IMG/VR virus record: IMGVR_UViG_3300035698_022475
Span: 32,001 to 96,000 of that record
Length of the DNA: 64,000 nt
Reading direction: 5' to 3' (one strand)
Origin: a virus
Below the pieces are notes generated by a model. That model did no database searches and was not told the DNA's origin. It was given only the letters and a program-made list of their open reading frames with translations. The position numbers were made by a program, and so were the translations under genes. Within the stretch, counting starts at the first letter, position 1. The number at the start of each line of letters is the position of its first letter. Below, in pieces: positions 45,379-54,604 of the stretch.

Positions 45379-46350
45379 TCAGATATCATAGGCCCGAACA
45401 CTGTAATCTCCCGCGGCAGGCGCAAAAACCATCTGCTGGACCGTCAGATCATTCCGGCAAATTCTACCGCTTAAAATCTTGAATAAATCCTCGAAACTTT
45501 TTCCCTTGTAGCGTTTCGCAGCCCGAAGAGCACTTTCATACCGCCCGTCGCTATCGCCAATAAAGTCATCGTCATTCAGATGTCCGAGTTCCTCGGTTAA
45601 ATAGTGGTTGGTCACAACCAGAGGCTTATCATCAAACCAACGAATCGCGCTTTCACGACACGTACGTTCAATAACACAGGCATTGTCGACCCCGCACACG
45701 GTGAAGAACACAGGGCTGCTGAGAGCAGTATTAGCCAATTGAGAAACGGCATCATCGAAATCGGTCGCGTTCTCGAGCACCCAGCGCAGTAGAAAAACGG
45801 GACCGAAGTCAAACCGCGGTCGTTCAGTGGGGGGCGCCCAATTGAGGGTGACGGAGAACTTTTCTGGAACCATCCCAGACAGAATCCCGACAAACCCCGG
45901 GTTCGTGACTGCCACCACATCTCGGTCTTCGGTCTCAAGAATACGGACTATAGTCGTATACCCCATTTCCAAGAGGTCCCAATCAAGATTGCGAACATGT
46001 ACAAACCCATTCTTCGCAGTCTTCAAGACCACGGAAGTACAGCCTACTGCAGGAAAAAATCTCTCCGACAAATACTGCGCAGCCTGAGCCAGCTCGTAGC
46101 TCACATTGGCTGTGATTATGTTGCCTTTACTTACCTGAAGGACTTTTGCCCACCGGCCGATCTCTTCCCGATACAAACCTCCGGACAAACTGTAGGCATT
46201 CGAAAGTACCCACTTAATGAGCGATGAGGCCTTCCCCACATACTCCTCGAGGGGCGCAAGAGCATTTTCCAAAAGTTCTCGGGCATCTTCAGTATGCTTT
46301 TCAATAATGTCGTCAAGGGAAGTGTAGACAGGCGGATCCAATATCATCAT
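45379..46350 (-). CDS. Ntn-hydrolase of the C45/acid ceramidase/NAAA family
   Basis: N.SYEL...GCTSVV (autocleaved catalytic Cys), HVRNLDW, GFVGILSGM, VIER, VTNH, S..RY. Confidence 0.85.
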   Translation of the reverse strand: MMILDPPVYTSLDDIIEKHTEDARELLENALAPLEEYVGKASSLIKWVLSNAYSLSGGLYREEIGRWAKVLQVSKGNIITANVSYELAQAAQYLSERFFPAVGCTSVVLKTAKNGFVHVRNLDWDLLEMGYTTIVRILETEDRDVVAVTNPGFVGILSGMVPEKFSVTLNWAPPTERPRFDFGPVFLLRWVLENATDFDDAVSQLANTALSSPVFFTVCGVDNACVIERTCRESAIRWFDDKPLVVTNHYLTEELGHLNDDDFIGDSDGRYESALRAAKRYKGKSFEDLFKILSGRICRNDLTVQQMVFAPAAGDYSVRAYDI

Positions 46351-46420
46351 AAGCCTCCTCTTTGGTGTTTAACACTTTTACCTTTTTTCGTATACTATTT
46401 GGAGCAAAGGAAAAACTTGA

Positions 46421-47662
46421 ATGCCTACTACAGATCAAAATAACGACCTGACTCCGCTGCTGATGGCAGGAGGACTCGGGGCTGCCCCGTTCGCTGGCCT
46501 CATTGGAGAGCGGGCTATCACCAAAGACCCATTTCACAACAAAAATATCAAACGCATGTCCCCGGAGAAACTAGAGCAATTGGCTCGCGCAGGAGACGTT
46601 ATACTAGCGTCCCGGCGGCAGGGAAGTTCGGTACGCTACAAACTGCCACAGCTCTTGGCCACAGGAAGCGAATTCTACCACACTGAACCTATAGCGGGGA
46701 CCTACCAGCCTCGCGATAGTAATATCGATACAGGCAAAACAGAATATGGCAAACGGACAGGGAGAGCCCTCGATTCCGGTAGAATGGAATACTCCGGAAA
46801 AAAGGTAAACCCCGCAGAGATCCTCAAAAAAGGTCCCGGCGAATTCGCACATCGCATCCCATTAGCAGACTACGAAGACACCCTCCTCATGCGCCCCAAC
46901 AAGAAACTGTCCCCGGCCGACCTTAAGAAACTACAGCTCTCCCTTATTGAACAAAGTGCAAAGAAATACAGCAAACCAATGGGCACTCGTAGCCTGTTGC
47001 GCGACATCTTTCTCCCCAAAATACCGGGGGTCACTGGAAGAGTAGGTCCCAGGGTACTCTGTGAAGGAAATATGTGTTCCTCGCTCCCCGCAACTTCCTG
47101 GAAAGAAGTGGCAGGAGAACAAATCGCCAGAGGAAAACACCCCAAACATGTACTCCCTGCAGACTTCCTGAGAGAAGGATCCCCCTTCAAACCTGTCGCC
47201 GCATCTCTGGCAAATCCAGAAGCCCTAAAGAATACCACTGCCAACCGTATGGCGTTTCGGGGTGGTCTGGGGACGGCTATGGCAGGAACCGGTCTAGCAG
47301 CATACTACGAGCCTGAAATACTTCCCGGCATCGCCGCAGCGGCCGGAGTCCCGATGGCCTCTCGCACAGTTCTGGACTACCTACACAACAAAAACCCTAA
47401 AACAGTCAAAAACTTAAAGCTCCGCGCACTCCTCCAAAAGCTCAAACCTAAAAAATCCGGAGGCTACCTTCTTCCGCCAGGTATGGACATGGTTGAGAAC
47501 ACCGGGGAATGGACCAAGGCCCTCCGAAATATTCGCAAGCCAGGTAAGCCGCTTCCCAAAGCCATGATGAGTCTCCTCAAGCGCTTCGGAAAACGAACAG
47601 CGCCTTTGGCCGTCGGATCAGGCCTCGCCGCATACCTGGGTACCAAGGCTCTCACCGACTAA
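46421..47662 (+). CDS. Permuted papain-like (YiiX/YaeF-type NlpC/P60) amidase with hydrophobic C-terminal helices
   Basis: AGDVIL, FYHTE (His), YS, MCSSL (Cys), LPADF in the His-before-Cys order. Confidence 0.65.
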   Translation: MPTTDQNNDLTPLLMAGGLGAAPFAGLIGERAITKDPFHNKNIKRMSPEKLEQLARAGDVILASRRQGSSVRYKLPQLLATGSEFYHTEPIAGTYQPRDSNIDTGKTEYGKRTGRALDSGRMEYSGKKVNPAEILKKGPGEFAHRIPLADYEDTLLMRPNKKLSPADLKKLQLSLIEQSAKKYSKPMGTRSLLRDIFLPKIPGVTGRVGPRVLCEGNMCSSLPATSWKEVAGEQIARGKHPKHVLPADFLREGSPFKPVAASLANPEALKNTTANRMAFRGGLGTAMAGTGLAAYYEPEILPGIAAAAGVPMASRTVLDYLHNKNPKTVKNLKLRALLQKLKPKKSGGYLLPPGMDMVENTGEWTKALRNIRKPGKPLPKAMMSLLKRFGKRTAPLAVGSGLAAYLGTKALTD

Positions 47663-47952
47663 TCACAGCATGTTCCTCTTTTGCTCCCGCGAACCGTTTG
47701 CGCTTGAGCAACCCCTCGACCTCGAACCTGAATCAACTCGTGCATCACACCATCAATATCTACGGACACTCTAAACTGTCCTGGGTTATTCCGTGCGAGA
47801 GCACCCAGGGCTTTCGTGGCAGGACATGAGTCAGAGAACTCAGCCGACGGGGGAGTAGGGACATCCCACATATAACGGTACGGAGTTATCGTTACCCAGG
47901 ACCGCTGGGCAGCATTGTAAACCTGTAAATAGAAAATGTTTTCTTCATCCAT
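47659..47952 (-). CDS. Hypothetical protein
   Basis: ORF after terminator/promoter. Confidence 0.45.
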   Translation of the reverse strand: MDEENIFYLQVYNAAQRSWVTITPYRYMWDVPTPPSAEFSDSCPATKALGALARNNPGQFRVSVDIDGVMHELIQVRGRGVAQAQTVRGSKRGTCCD

Positions 47953-47966
47953 AACGTAATGATAGC

Positions 47967-47993
47967 AAAAAAAGAGCGACGGCCGCTCTTTTG
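47967..47993. terminator. Intrinsic terminator (symmetric)
   Basis: AAAAAAAGAGCG-ACGGC-CGCTCTTTTT. Confidence 0.7.
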
Positions 47994-47998
47994 ATGTT

Positions 47999-48640
47999 TC
48001 ACTTCAGTTGGTCTTCCCGAAGAATAATCACCGGGCCTACCATGTCCTGGCCAACGAGTTGAGATGCTGCATTGTTGTACGGCATGTTCTGGAGGAGTCC
48101 CTCCTCGTTCACGATGGCGATGCGCTTCTCCTCATTGGGGAATTGCACAACTTCGATCATGCCACCTACGTAACTTTGGAGTTGCTTGAGTGTGTACCCC
48201 ATCTCGGGGTCCTCGGGAGGAGGAATGTTCGCCACGGAGCCATCAGGAGCAATAACGATGTTCGGCTGCTCCAGTGGGGGGAGACCTCCCGTCTTCTGGA
48301 CATAGTCCTCGATTATTTCGAGATCAATCTTCCCCTCGTCCGCACGTTCCCGCGCACGCTCCAGTACCCCAGGACCGCTGGTAACGAGAGCTTGGAGAGC
48401 TACTCCTGCCTCGACGCTACCTCCTGTGGCTTGGGCAATCATGTTCACATGCGATTCCATGATGCCCGCCATAAGGTAGGTAAGCTGGAGCAGCGTCGCA
48501 GGGGACACCAGTTCCTCGCCGGGCTTCTTCCCATCTTCATGAATGACAACTTCGACATTGGGATCCTTCTCGTCCACAAGAGTGGAGAGGGGATCGACGT
48601 TGAACTTCAAACTAATACGGGCACGCACTGACTTGGACAT
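47999..48640 (-). CDS. DUF3846-like domain protein
   Basis: TLKQLQSYVGGMIEVV...IVNEEGLL..PYN..AS...VGPVII. Confidence 0.75.
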   Translation of the reverse strand: MSKSVRARISLKFNVDPLSTLVDEKDPNVEVVIHEDGKKPGEELVSPATLLQLTYLMAGIMESHVNMIAQATGGSVEAGVALQALVTSGPGVLERARERADEGKIDLEIIEDYVQKTGGLPPLEQPNIVIAPDGSVANIPPPEDPEMGYTLKQLQSYVGGMIEVVQFPNEEKRIAIVNEEGLLQNMPYNNAASQLVGQDMVGPVIILREDQLK

Positions 48641-48670
48641 AAATCCTCCTTTACGTCGTAAACTAGCGTT

Positions 48671-49075
48671 CTAGTCACTTAGAATACACCCACTCTCCCG
48701 AATAGACTTGATCATCCACTCGTAACCACAGAAACCTCGGGTCTCACGGCGCAGGCGTCGTGCTTCTTGCGGGGTAACCGCTCGTGCACGGATACTCGCT
48801 GCCCATCCATCTCCGAAGTCATAACGGTAAGGGGACTCTGCGATGATCTTCTCTGCGAGTTTCTTTGCTTTTTGAGCAGGACCGAACTTAGTGAGATGTG
48901 CGTAACAGTTACCCTCTCCAGTCCCCTTACCGTCCCAGGCATTGTTACTGGGCATCGACAGTTCGAACGCGACCGTGAGGGACTTGGGTTGTTTCGATTT
49001 GTAGAAAGTGCCTAAACACTTAATGCATAGACCTTCTTGAAGTACTGCATCTGTATTGCATTCGTTACACTTCAT
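48671..49075 (-). CDS. Hypothetical protein with N-terminal Zn finger
   Basis: CNEC...CIKC; LSMP.NN.W.G...Y.FGDGW.A...GFCGYEWMI. Confidence 0.6.
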   Translation of the reverse strand: MKCNECNTDAVLQEGLCIKCLGTFYKSKQPKSLTVAFELSMPSNNAWDGKGTGEGNCYAHLTKFGPAQKAKKLAEKIIAESPYRYDFGDGWAASIRARAVTPQEARRLRRETRGFCGYEWMIKSIRESGCILSD

Positions 49076-49466
49076 TGGCCGCGCACGCTTCCCTGAGGCC
49101 GAGGCGTTCCCAGGCGTCATCGGGGATGAACGCCACGCGCTGCTCCAGAATGGTATCCTGTAACTCCGAAGACGTAACGACACGCTTGACGAAGTCGTCA
49201 GAGACAACACACCAACCGCCCGTGCGATAAGGATTCTTCATGTCAGAGGCACTCTTGGCTTCGTCGACGCTGATGAAGATGACGCCCTGCTTCATGTACT
49301 TTTGGCACTTGTCACAAGGCTCCTGATCGAAGGCGACTCCTTTAGGCGCCTCAGCATCCCCCTTGATCCTGCCCATGAGGACGATTTCGTTCTTATCCTC
49401 TCCACAGAGGAAACACTTCGGGATAGTGGGATTGAGTCCATGCTTTTCGGACAGCTTGATGTTCAT
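49065..49466 (-). CDS. Zinc-binding hypothetical protein
   Basis: HGLNPT...CFLCG...PCDKC. Confidence 0.65.
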   Translation of the reverse strand: MNIKLSEKHGLNPTIPKCFLCGEDKNEIVLMGRIKGDAEAPKGVAFDQEPCDKCQKYMKQGVIFISVDEAKSASDMKNPYRTGGWCVVSDDFVKRVVTSSELQDTILEQRVAFIPDDAWERLGLREACAANEV

Positions 49467-49669
49467 TTGATTTTAAACTCCTTTGCTTTTCCGCTGTGAC
49501 CACACTTGAGACAGTGAAACGGTGATTCGTTATTCCACTCAAGGTCCGTGAAGTCTGAGACACCGTCATCACTTACATTGCGGAAAAGCGCTTCGCCGAA
49601 GACGTCAAAAGGGCCCTCGGATTTGCACTCAGGACATTGGATGCCTTGTAGCACGTTTTTGTTTGTCAT
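49463..49669 (-). CDS. Zinc-ribbon protein
   Basis: CPEC...CLKCG. Confidence 0.65.
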   Translation of the reverse strand: MTNKNVLQGIQCPECKSEGPFDVFGEALFRNVSDDGVSDFTDLEWNNESPFHCLKCGHSGKAKEFKIK

Positions 49670-49999
49670 CTATTTCCTCTCGTACTCGACGCCCACCACT
49701 TTGCCGACGGACTCGAGAAGCTTCTTCAGCTCGGGGTTGCGTCCACCCCAGCACAGAAACGTATACGTTCCTTTAGGAAGGTTGTGCTTGTTGGCTGCGA
49801 TGTACGTGTTGGCCGCCTTCTCGGTGAAGAAGACGCTTTGGCCATACTCGACGCTACGCTCTACGCGGTCACCCTCCTCATTGAGATCCTGATAACGTAA
49901 ATCGTAGTAGTACGGCGTCGAAGTTGATCGGTTGTCTTGGGTATTGAGTTCGGTCATGAATTCTTTGAGCCATCGAATGGCTGCGAAGTCGTCAGTCAT
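49670..49999 (-). CDS. Hypothetical phage protein
   Basis: TQDNRST.P, FFTEKAA..YI..N.H, RNPE. Confidence 0.65.
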   Translation of the reverse strand: MTDDFAAIRWLKEFMTELNTQDNRSTSTPYYYDLRYQDLNEEGDRVERSVEYGQSVFFTEKAANTYIAANKHNLPKGTYTFLCWGGRNPELKKLLESVGKVVGVEYERK

Positions 50000-50001
50000 A
50001 C

Positions 50002-50352
50002 TTAATCGCCTTTCAACATGGAGAAGAACTCTTTGTAGGGCATCATAGTAGCCTGCGCACAGTCCTCCTTGCCTTTCTTTATTTGTTCCTTCAGCACATC
50101 CATATCCCCGGTAGCAATGTCTTTCTTGGCCTGGGATATTGCTCCGTCTTTAGTACGGGCATGCTGGACTAAAGCACCGCAGTCCTCGGACGCTACGTGC
50201 CATTGCTTGAGTTTGGGGTGCCGGAAGACGAGACCGTAGACGCCCTCTGCGAGCTTGACTCGGGAGTATTCCTCAATCTCGGTCTTCACAAATCGCCCAA
50301 CCCCTCCGTGCATGAAGGGCTCCGGCTTCCAGGTATAAATCTCAGGCATCAC
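50002..50352 (-). CDS. Hypothetical protein
   Basis: AAGGAGG RBS. Confidence 0.6.
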   Translation of the reverse strand: MMPEIYTWKPEPFMHGGVGRFVKTEIEEYSRVKLAEGVYGLVFRHPKLKQWHVASEDCGALVQHARTKDGAISQAKKDIATGDMDVLKEQIKKGKEDCAQATMMPYKEFFSMLKGD

Positions 50353-50642
50353 TCGTCCTCCTTGTCTCGCCTCAGGACCATTCCGACGGTCTTCAGCGGG
50401 TATTTGAATTCAGCATCTACCGTGATGGAGTCCTGTACCTGGGCGAGGTTGGAAAGCTTCACAGCAGGGGACTCATCGCCATCTTCAGGCGCAAATATCC
50501 AGACTTCCCCCGGGGGAATATCTTTCGATACGTGAATAGTGAGTCCGAAGAGTCGTCCGTCCTCCTGAAGATAGGAGACGGCGAGGCTGGCTAGGTTTGG
50601 GGGGACGTCTTGTGCGGACATTATCTTGAAGTCATCGGTCAT
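50349..50642 (-). CDS. Hypothetical protein
   Basis: AAGGAG RBS. Confidence 0.55.
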   Translation of the reverse strand: MTDDFKIMSAQDVPPNLASLAVSYLQEDGRLFGLTIHVSKDIPPGEVWIFAPEDGDESPAVKLSNLAQVQDSITVDAEFKYPLKTVGMVLRRDKEDE

Positions 50643-50655
50643 GTGGAGTCTCCTT

Positions 50656-51201
50656 TCAGTCCTCTCCCAAAAGCTTCATGAGCTTCTCTGCGAGCCTTTG
50701 ATTCCATCTCTTCTCCTCCGGCTCCAGATCCGCATACTTGGTGGTCATCTCACGTTTCCAGCGTTCCGCATCTTCTCTCTGGATAAGGTGCTGCCCGTAC
50801 GCAAAGCACTCATCTTCATCCATGTACGTAGAACGCTCTTCGAGGAGATCCTTCATCCATTGAGACCACGATTCTTCGTGAAGAAAAGCAGCAAGCTTCT
50901 CGCGCTTCTGGTCTACCGCGGTTCCTTGGTCCCCTGAGTAGATTGCTTCTGTCCCGTCCATATCCCAACTCAACAACATGTCGGCCTGTGCATCTTCGTA
51001 AGACAACTCAAATGCGGTATCCGGAGCGGGCATCAAGTCGATGAATTCTCTGCCGTCGTCTTCGGTAGTGATACTGGGAGTAACAAGCATATCTATATCC
51101 GGTTGCAGAGGATCGTCGTAGCGCATGACATATCTCACTACTCCGCCATTAACTATGATCTTTAAAAGATGTTTCCCTCTTAACGGTTTTTGTTTATCCA
51201 T
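50656..51201 (-). CDS. Hypothetical protein with C-terminal RyR-like domain
   Basis: LAAFLHEESWSQW...RWKR.M...YADLEPEEK. Confidence 0.55.
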   Translation of the reverse strand: MDKQKPLRGKHLLKIIVNGGVVRYVMRYDDPLQPDIDMLVTPSITTEDDGREFIDLMPAPDTAFELSYEDAQADMLLSWDMDGTEAIYSGDQGTAVDQKREKLAAFLHEESWSQWMKDLLEERSTYMDEDECFAYGQHLIQREDAERWKREMTTKYADLEPEEKRWNQRLAEKLMKLLGED

Positions 51202-51619
51202 TCTCGTATTTCTCCTTCCATAGAGCGTCGAGACGCTCCACTTCGTCATAGGCAAAGTTGATGGCCTTCCGTATGTCGCCCTGTGCAGACTTCGAGATGT
51301 ACATCTCATAGGCCTTCTCGCGCGTGAGGGGAGGGTCAGTCAGCAGTTCGTTGTCATAGTAGTATCCGGGGCACCCAAGAGTATCGGCCATCCACTCTAA
51401 GACACGATGGATGTAGATGCGCTCGGTGATGTCTATCCACGAGCTGTAATCGAAACCCATTGGATGCCTGATGTCGTCAGGGCAATAAGAAAGCAGTGTA
51501 TCGAGCCGGGCTGCCACGGGATCCGTGTCAGGACACGGCTTCAGATTCCTCCTCAGGAAGTTGAACATCTTGTTCTGTAGGTCAGCAGTAGGTGCTGACA
51601 CGGAAAGCGTGTAGCCCAT
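51194..51619 (-). CDS. Hypothetical protein
   Basis: Tightly packed ORF with RBS. Confidence 0.6.
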   Translation of the reverse strand: MGYTLSVSAPTADLQNKMFNFLRRNLKPCPDTDPVAARLDTLLSYCPDDIRHPMGFDYSSWIDITERIYIHRVLEWMADTLGCPGYYYDNELLTDPPLTREKAYEMYISKSAQGDIRKAINFAYDEVERLDALWKEKYENG

Positions 51620-51620
51620 C

Positions 51621-52112
51621 TCAGTTCTCCAATTCAGTAATAGCCAGGGGTTCGGTCTGCACTTCGATAGAAGTGTGTTTGATTGCCCCCACCCACTGGA
51701 ACTCCTTGTCCGTCACGCGGAGACGTTGGACTTCAATACGGCGCTCGTACGCGTTCCACTTCTCCGGCGGATCATCCACATCCTCGCACTCCCGGTAATC
51801 CGGAGTACAATCCCAAACTTCCGCGCAATAGAGGTTACCGTCAATGACTGCCTTGCGCATGTCAAGAATACGGTTAGCCAGTTCTTCGCGGACTTCGATG
51901 ATGGCCTTGGTAGGCACTTCGTCGTAGAGCTGAGATCCTTTACTGACGTCCACATTGAATATCCAACACTTCTCGGGCTCTCCGCCTACCTCCAGATAGG
52001 CGTCCAGGTCGCCATGTGTTCGCAGCGTGAGCCCTCCTTCGTCGATGTACACATCACTCTCGGAGTCCAATGTCCCAAGCCAGCGCGTAAGTTCTAAAAC
52101 ACGTATACTCAT
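51621..52112 (-). CDS. Hypothetical protein
   Basis: ATGA-coupled. Confidence 0.6.
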   Translation of the reverse strand: MSIRVLELTRWLGTLDSESDVYIDEGGLTLRTHGDLDAYLEVGGEPEKCWIFNVDVSKGSQLYDEVPTKAIIEVREELANRILDMRKAVIDGNLYCAEVWDCTPDYRECEDVDDPPEKWNAYERRIEVQRLRVTDKEFQWVGAIKHTSIEVQTEPLAITELEN

Positions 52113-52354
52113 ACCAGCCCTCCCAGCTCTGACATCACAGAGTCCAACTCTGCGCGGGCTCTGCGCATCTGGTGAACGGCGGCAAGAACTTGCTCTTCAT
52201 CCGTCGCATCTTCGTCAAATGTTTCCGACAACTCTACCATGATGAATTTCGCCAGAGAATCCCCGTGGCTCGTCTCAGGCTCGTTGTAGTACTGCTCGAT
52301 GAGGCCGTCGGGGTATCCCGAACTGGCCGCCTCAATCAGCTTTTTCAATTTCAT
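52109..52354 (-). CDS. Hypothetical protein
   Basis: AAGGAGG RBS; first gene after promoter. Confidence 0.65.
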   Translation of the reverse strand: MKLKKLIEAASSGYPDGLIEQYYNEPETSHGDSLAKFIMVELSETFDEDATDEEQVLAAVHQMRRARAELDSVMSELGGLV

Positions 52355-52410
52355 TTATCCTCCTTACTGTCGCACAAACTACGACATAATGATGACTCCT
52401 TCTCTCATAC

Positions 52411-52439
52411 CAAAAAGAAGAGACAAATCGTCTCTCCTT
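52411..52439 (-). terminator. Intrinsic terminator overlapping an extended -10-like box
   Basis: GAGAC-GATTT-GTCTC-TTCTTTTT then GGTATG. Confidence 0.55.
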
Positions 52440-52445
52440 ATATGT

Positions 52446-52721
52446 TTAATCGTCTTTGGAAACCCAGACCCAGGCAGATATGTAGGCGCCGTCAGCATTG
52501 TCTTCATCAGGCAGCGAGACCGGAGCGTTGTCGTCTATCTCCAGTTCTCCCTCCACGCCAAACGCCTCCTTGGCCTTTACGACGTAATTTAATTCTTCCT
52601 GAGTGCGGTGCTTGGCGAAGAATGAAATGCAGTCAGCGAGGGTAAGACCCGAGCGAGCCAGACCTTCCAGCGCGTACTGTTTGACAGGAGCGGGCAAATC
52701 GGGAAGGTCTTTCTTAATCAT
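52446..52721 (-). CDS. Hypothetical protein
   Basis: EGELEIDDNA.VS...GAYISAWVWV. Confidence 0.6.
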   Translation of the reverse strand: MIKKDLPDLPAPVKQYALEGLARSGLTLADCISFFAKHRTQEELNYVVKAKEAFGVEGELEIDDNAPVSLPDEDNADGAYISAWVWVSKDD

Positions 52722-53380
52722 GACAAGTACTCCTCTGCCTGATCCTCATAGAGGGATGGCATCTTCGCGTTGAACTGCTCGAGGACCTGTAGCATCACGC
52801 CACGGATAATCGGATGGGCAGGAGTATCGCAGCGCATCTTGAAGATGTGCCGCCACTCCCTGAGGTTGGCGCCGATGACGATCTCGGACTTCAGGCCGAT
52901 GGGAAGCCACATCCTAGCAATCTGTGCTGGCTTAGCGATCCCGGCTTTCTTGGCCAGCTTCTCTGCTATGAAGTAATCCTGCTCCATACGCGCAGCACTG
53001 GCGTGCCAATGATCCCTCAACTCTTGAGTCATGTGAGGTACATCCGGAAGCTCGATCACCGTTATCGAACTCTTAAACTTTCCCTTGCTGTAGTTACAGT
53101 AGCGAGTGCTCTCCTGCGCAAAGCTACAAAGCCTGTGCCGAACCAACTCGTGCGTGAGGCCGCGGTCCGCAACAATGCGGGCCGTCGCATAACCGAACTC
53201 CAGCATGGCGTGATGTTCTTGATTACGCACCATACGTACAAACGTAGGCGCCGACTCCTCAGTAATTCTGTCTTCTGATTTGTAGCAAGTACGTCCCGCT
53301 GCCTCTATGGCCTGCTCCGGGGTCTTGCCATCTTCTGGAGTGTAGAACGTTACTTCAACTTGGGGCTGGACTACCTTCAT
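52718..53380 (-). CDS. thyX: Flavin-dependent thymidylate synthase
   Basis: AGRTCYKS, H..MLE, RGLTHELVRHR..SFAQESTRY, NLREWRH, AHP motifs. Confidence 0.95.
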   Translation of the reverse strand: MKVVQPQVEVTFYTPEDGKTPEQAIEAAGRTCYKSEDRITEESAPTFVRMVRNQEHHAMLEFGYATARIVADRGLTHELVRHRLCSFAQESTRYCNYSKGKFKSSITVIELPDVPHMTQELRDHWHASAARMEQDYFIAEKLAKKAGIAKPAQIARMWLPIGLKSEIVIGANLREWRHIFKMRCDTPAHPIIRGVMLQVLEQFNAKMPSLYEDQAEEYLS

Positions 53381-53552
53381 TCTTTTCCTTCTCCTTTTGT
53401 TTTGAAAGCTCCTTGTAGTGGCGCCTCACCCCCTCGTGGGAAAGACACGCCGCTCCGAAAGAGCCGTGGAAGACGGCCTTTGTCTCGTCCTCGAGATCAG
53501 TCTTTGTCAGGTCCCCCAATTGGAGTTCTCTCTTGCAGATTCGACACATCAT
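53355..53552 (-). CDS. Small Cys/His protein
   Basis: CRIC...ACLSH.GV. Confidence 0.55.
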   Translation of the reverse strand: MMCRICKRELQLGDLTKTDLEDETKAVFHGSFGAACLSHEGVRRHYKELSKQKEKEKNEGSPAPS

Positions 53553-53751
53553 TTTTCACCTCGTTGTACTGTTTGCCGCCTCCCTCCCAACCACAATCCT
53601 CACAGATCAGGGTCCCCATGGGGTGCGGGATATCATCCTTCGTTTCGCCCACATCGATGTTACCACCTTTATGGATTGCATCAACATACGCAAAGGACGT
53701 GTACTCCTGGCGAAAGTAGAAGCGTGGGGAGTCGCACTTGGGGCAATTCAT
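53497..53751 (-). CDS. Zinc-ribbon protein
   Basis: MNCPKC...ICEDCG. Confidence 0.6.
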   Translation of the reverse strand: MNCPKCDSPRFYFRQEYTSFAYVDAIHKGGNIDVGETKDDIPHPMGTLICEDCGWEGGGKQYNEVKNDVSNLQERTPIGGPDKD

Positions 53752-53900
53752 CTTTTTTCCTTTCTTAGATCTCCAACCTCTTTGTAAGAGCCGTCTTTCA
53801 TGAGTATAAAGTAACCAATTATTTCCACGCAAATACCTGACTCGTGAGCATAAAGGTAATAGTGGCCTTTAGGCCACGCGTTACAGTAGATGTGCGTCAT
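53748..53900 (-). CDS. MxH-motif microprotein (MTHIY..., 50 aa)
   Basis: Translated by hand; ATGA overlaps at both ends. Confidence 0.65.
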   Translation of the reverse strand: MTHIYCNAWPKGHYYLYAHESGICVEIIGYFILMKDGSYKEVGDLRKEKR

Positions 53901-54094
53901 CGGCTACGCTCGCGAGGATAGTAGTAACCCGGATTTCCGATACATACGAAAACCCACCTGCCTGTGGCGGTTATGGTGTAATCGTAAGCGAGGATCATGT
54001 TCAGAGAGATCGCGTACTTGGGCCACGCAACAAGAGGGATAAGCCGTAAGGATATGCTGTGCGTAGTTACGTTCTCGGGCTCTATGTGTACCAT
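53897..54094 (-). CDS. MxH-motif microprotein (MVHIE...)
   Basis: TAATG coupling. Confidence 0.65.
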   Translation of the reverse strand: MVHIEPENVTTHSISLRLIPLVAWPKYAISLNMILAYDYTITATGRWVFVCIGNPGYYYPRERSR

Positions 54095-54282
54095 TAGTGC
54101 CCCAGCACCCCAACCAATTGCCACCCGCACCCGCGATACGACTTACGGTAGTAGAGAGTTTTTCCTTTGCGGCGGCCATCTCTCGGCATTCTCGCCGGAT
54201 AAAGGTAAACAGGAGTAACCAGCATTTCCCAGATCTCACGGGAGGGGTGCTTCCGCGTTATATCTATGTTGACGTGAGTCAA
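54094..54282 (-). CDS. MxH-motif microprotein (TTG start, MTHVN...)
   Basis: AAGGAGG RBS, TTGA overlap. Confidence 0.65.
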   Translation of the reverse strand: MTHVNIDITRKHPSREIWEMLVTPVYLYPARMPRDGRRKGKTLYYRKSYRGCGWQLVGVLGH

Positions 54283-54437
54283 AATGGCACCTCCTTCCAG
54301 GTGAAGTCGTCGTCGAGAATGAAAGTGTACTTCTCTCTGAAGAAGTAATTGTCCGCGGTTGTCACCCACATCGAGATGTGCAGTAGTCCCCGGGAATTGT
54401 TTTCGACAGTAGCGTAGCGCGCATTGATGTGGGTCAT
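54279..54437 (-). CDS. MxH-motif microprotein (MTHIN...)
   Basis: GGAGG RBS, ATGA overlap. Confidence 0.65.
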   Translation of the reverse strand: MTHINARYATVENNSRGLLHISMWVTTADNYFFREKYTFILDDDFTWKEVPF

Positions 54438-54604
54438 CGCAGCCTCCACTCCTCGTCCAAGAACCAGTAGACCGTCATCTGACTCAGGTGAATTGTATAC
54501 TTGGTGAAGCACTCTCCCCAGAACGTGACGGGCACTACAGTTATTAGGGCGCATCCTCTCCCCGCGGAGAGCTGCGGGTAATAGCTGACATCTATGTGGG
54601 TCAT
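54434..54604 (-). CDS. MxH-motif microprotein (MTHID...)
   Basis: ATGA overlap. Confidence 0.65.
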   Translation of the reverse strand: MTHIDVSYYPQLSAGRGCALITVVPVTFWGECFTKYTIHLSQMTVYWFLDEEWRLR

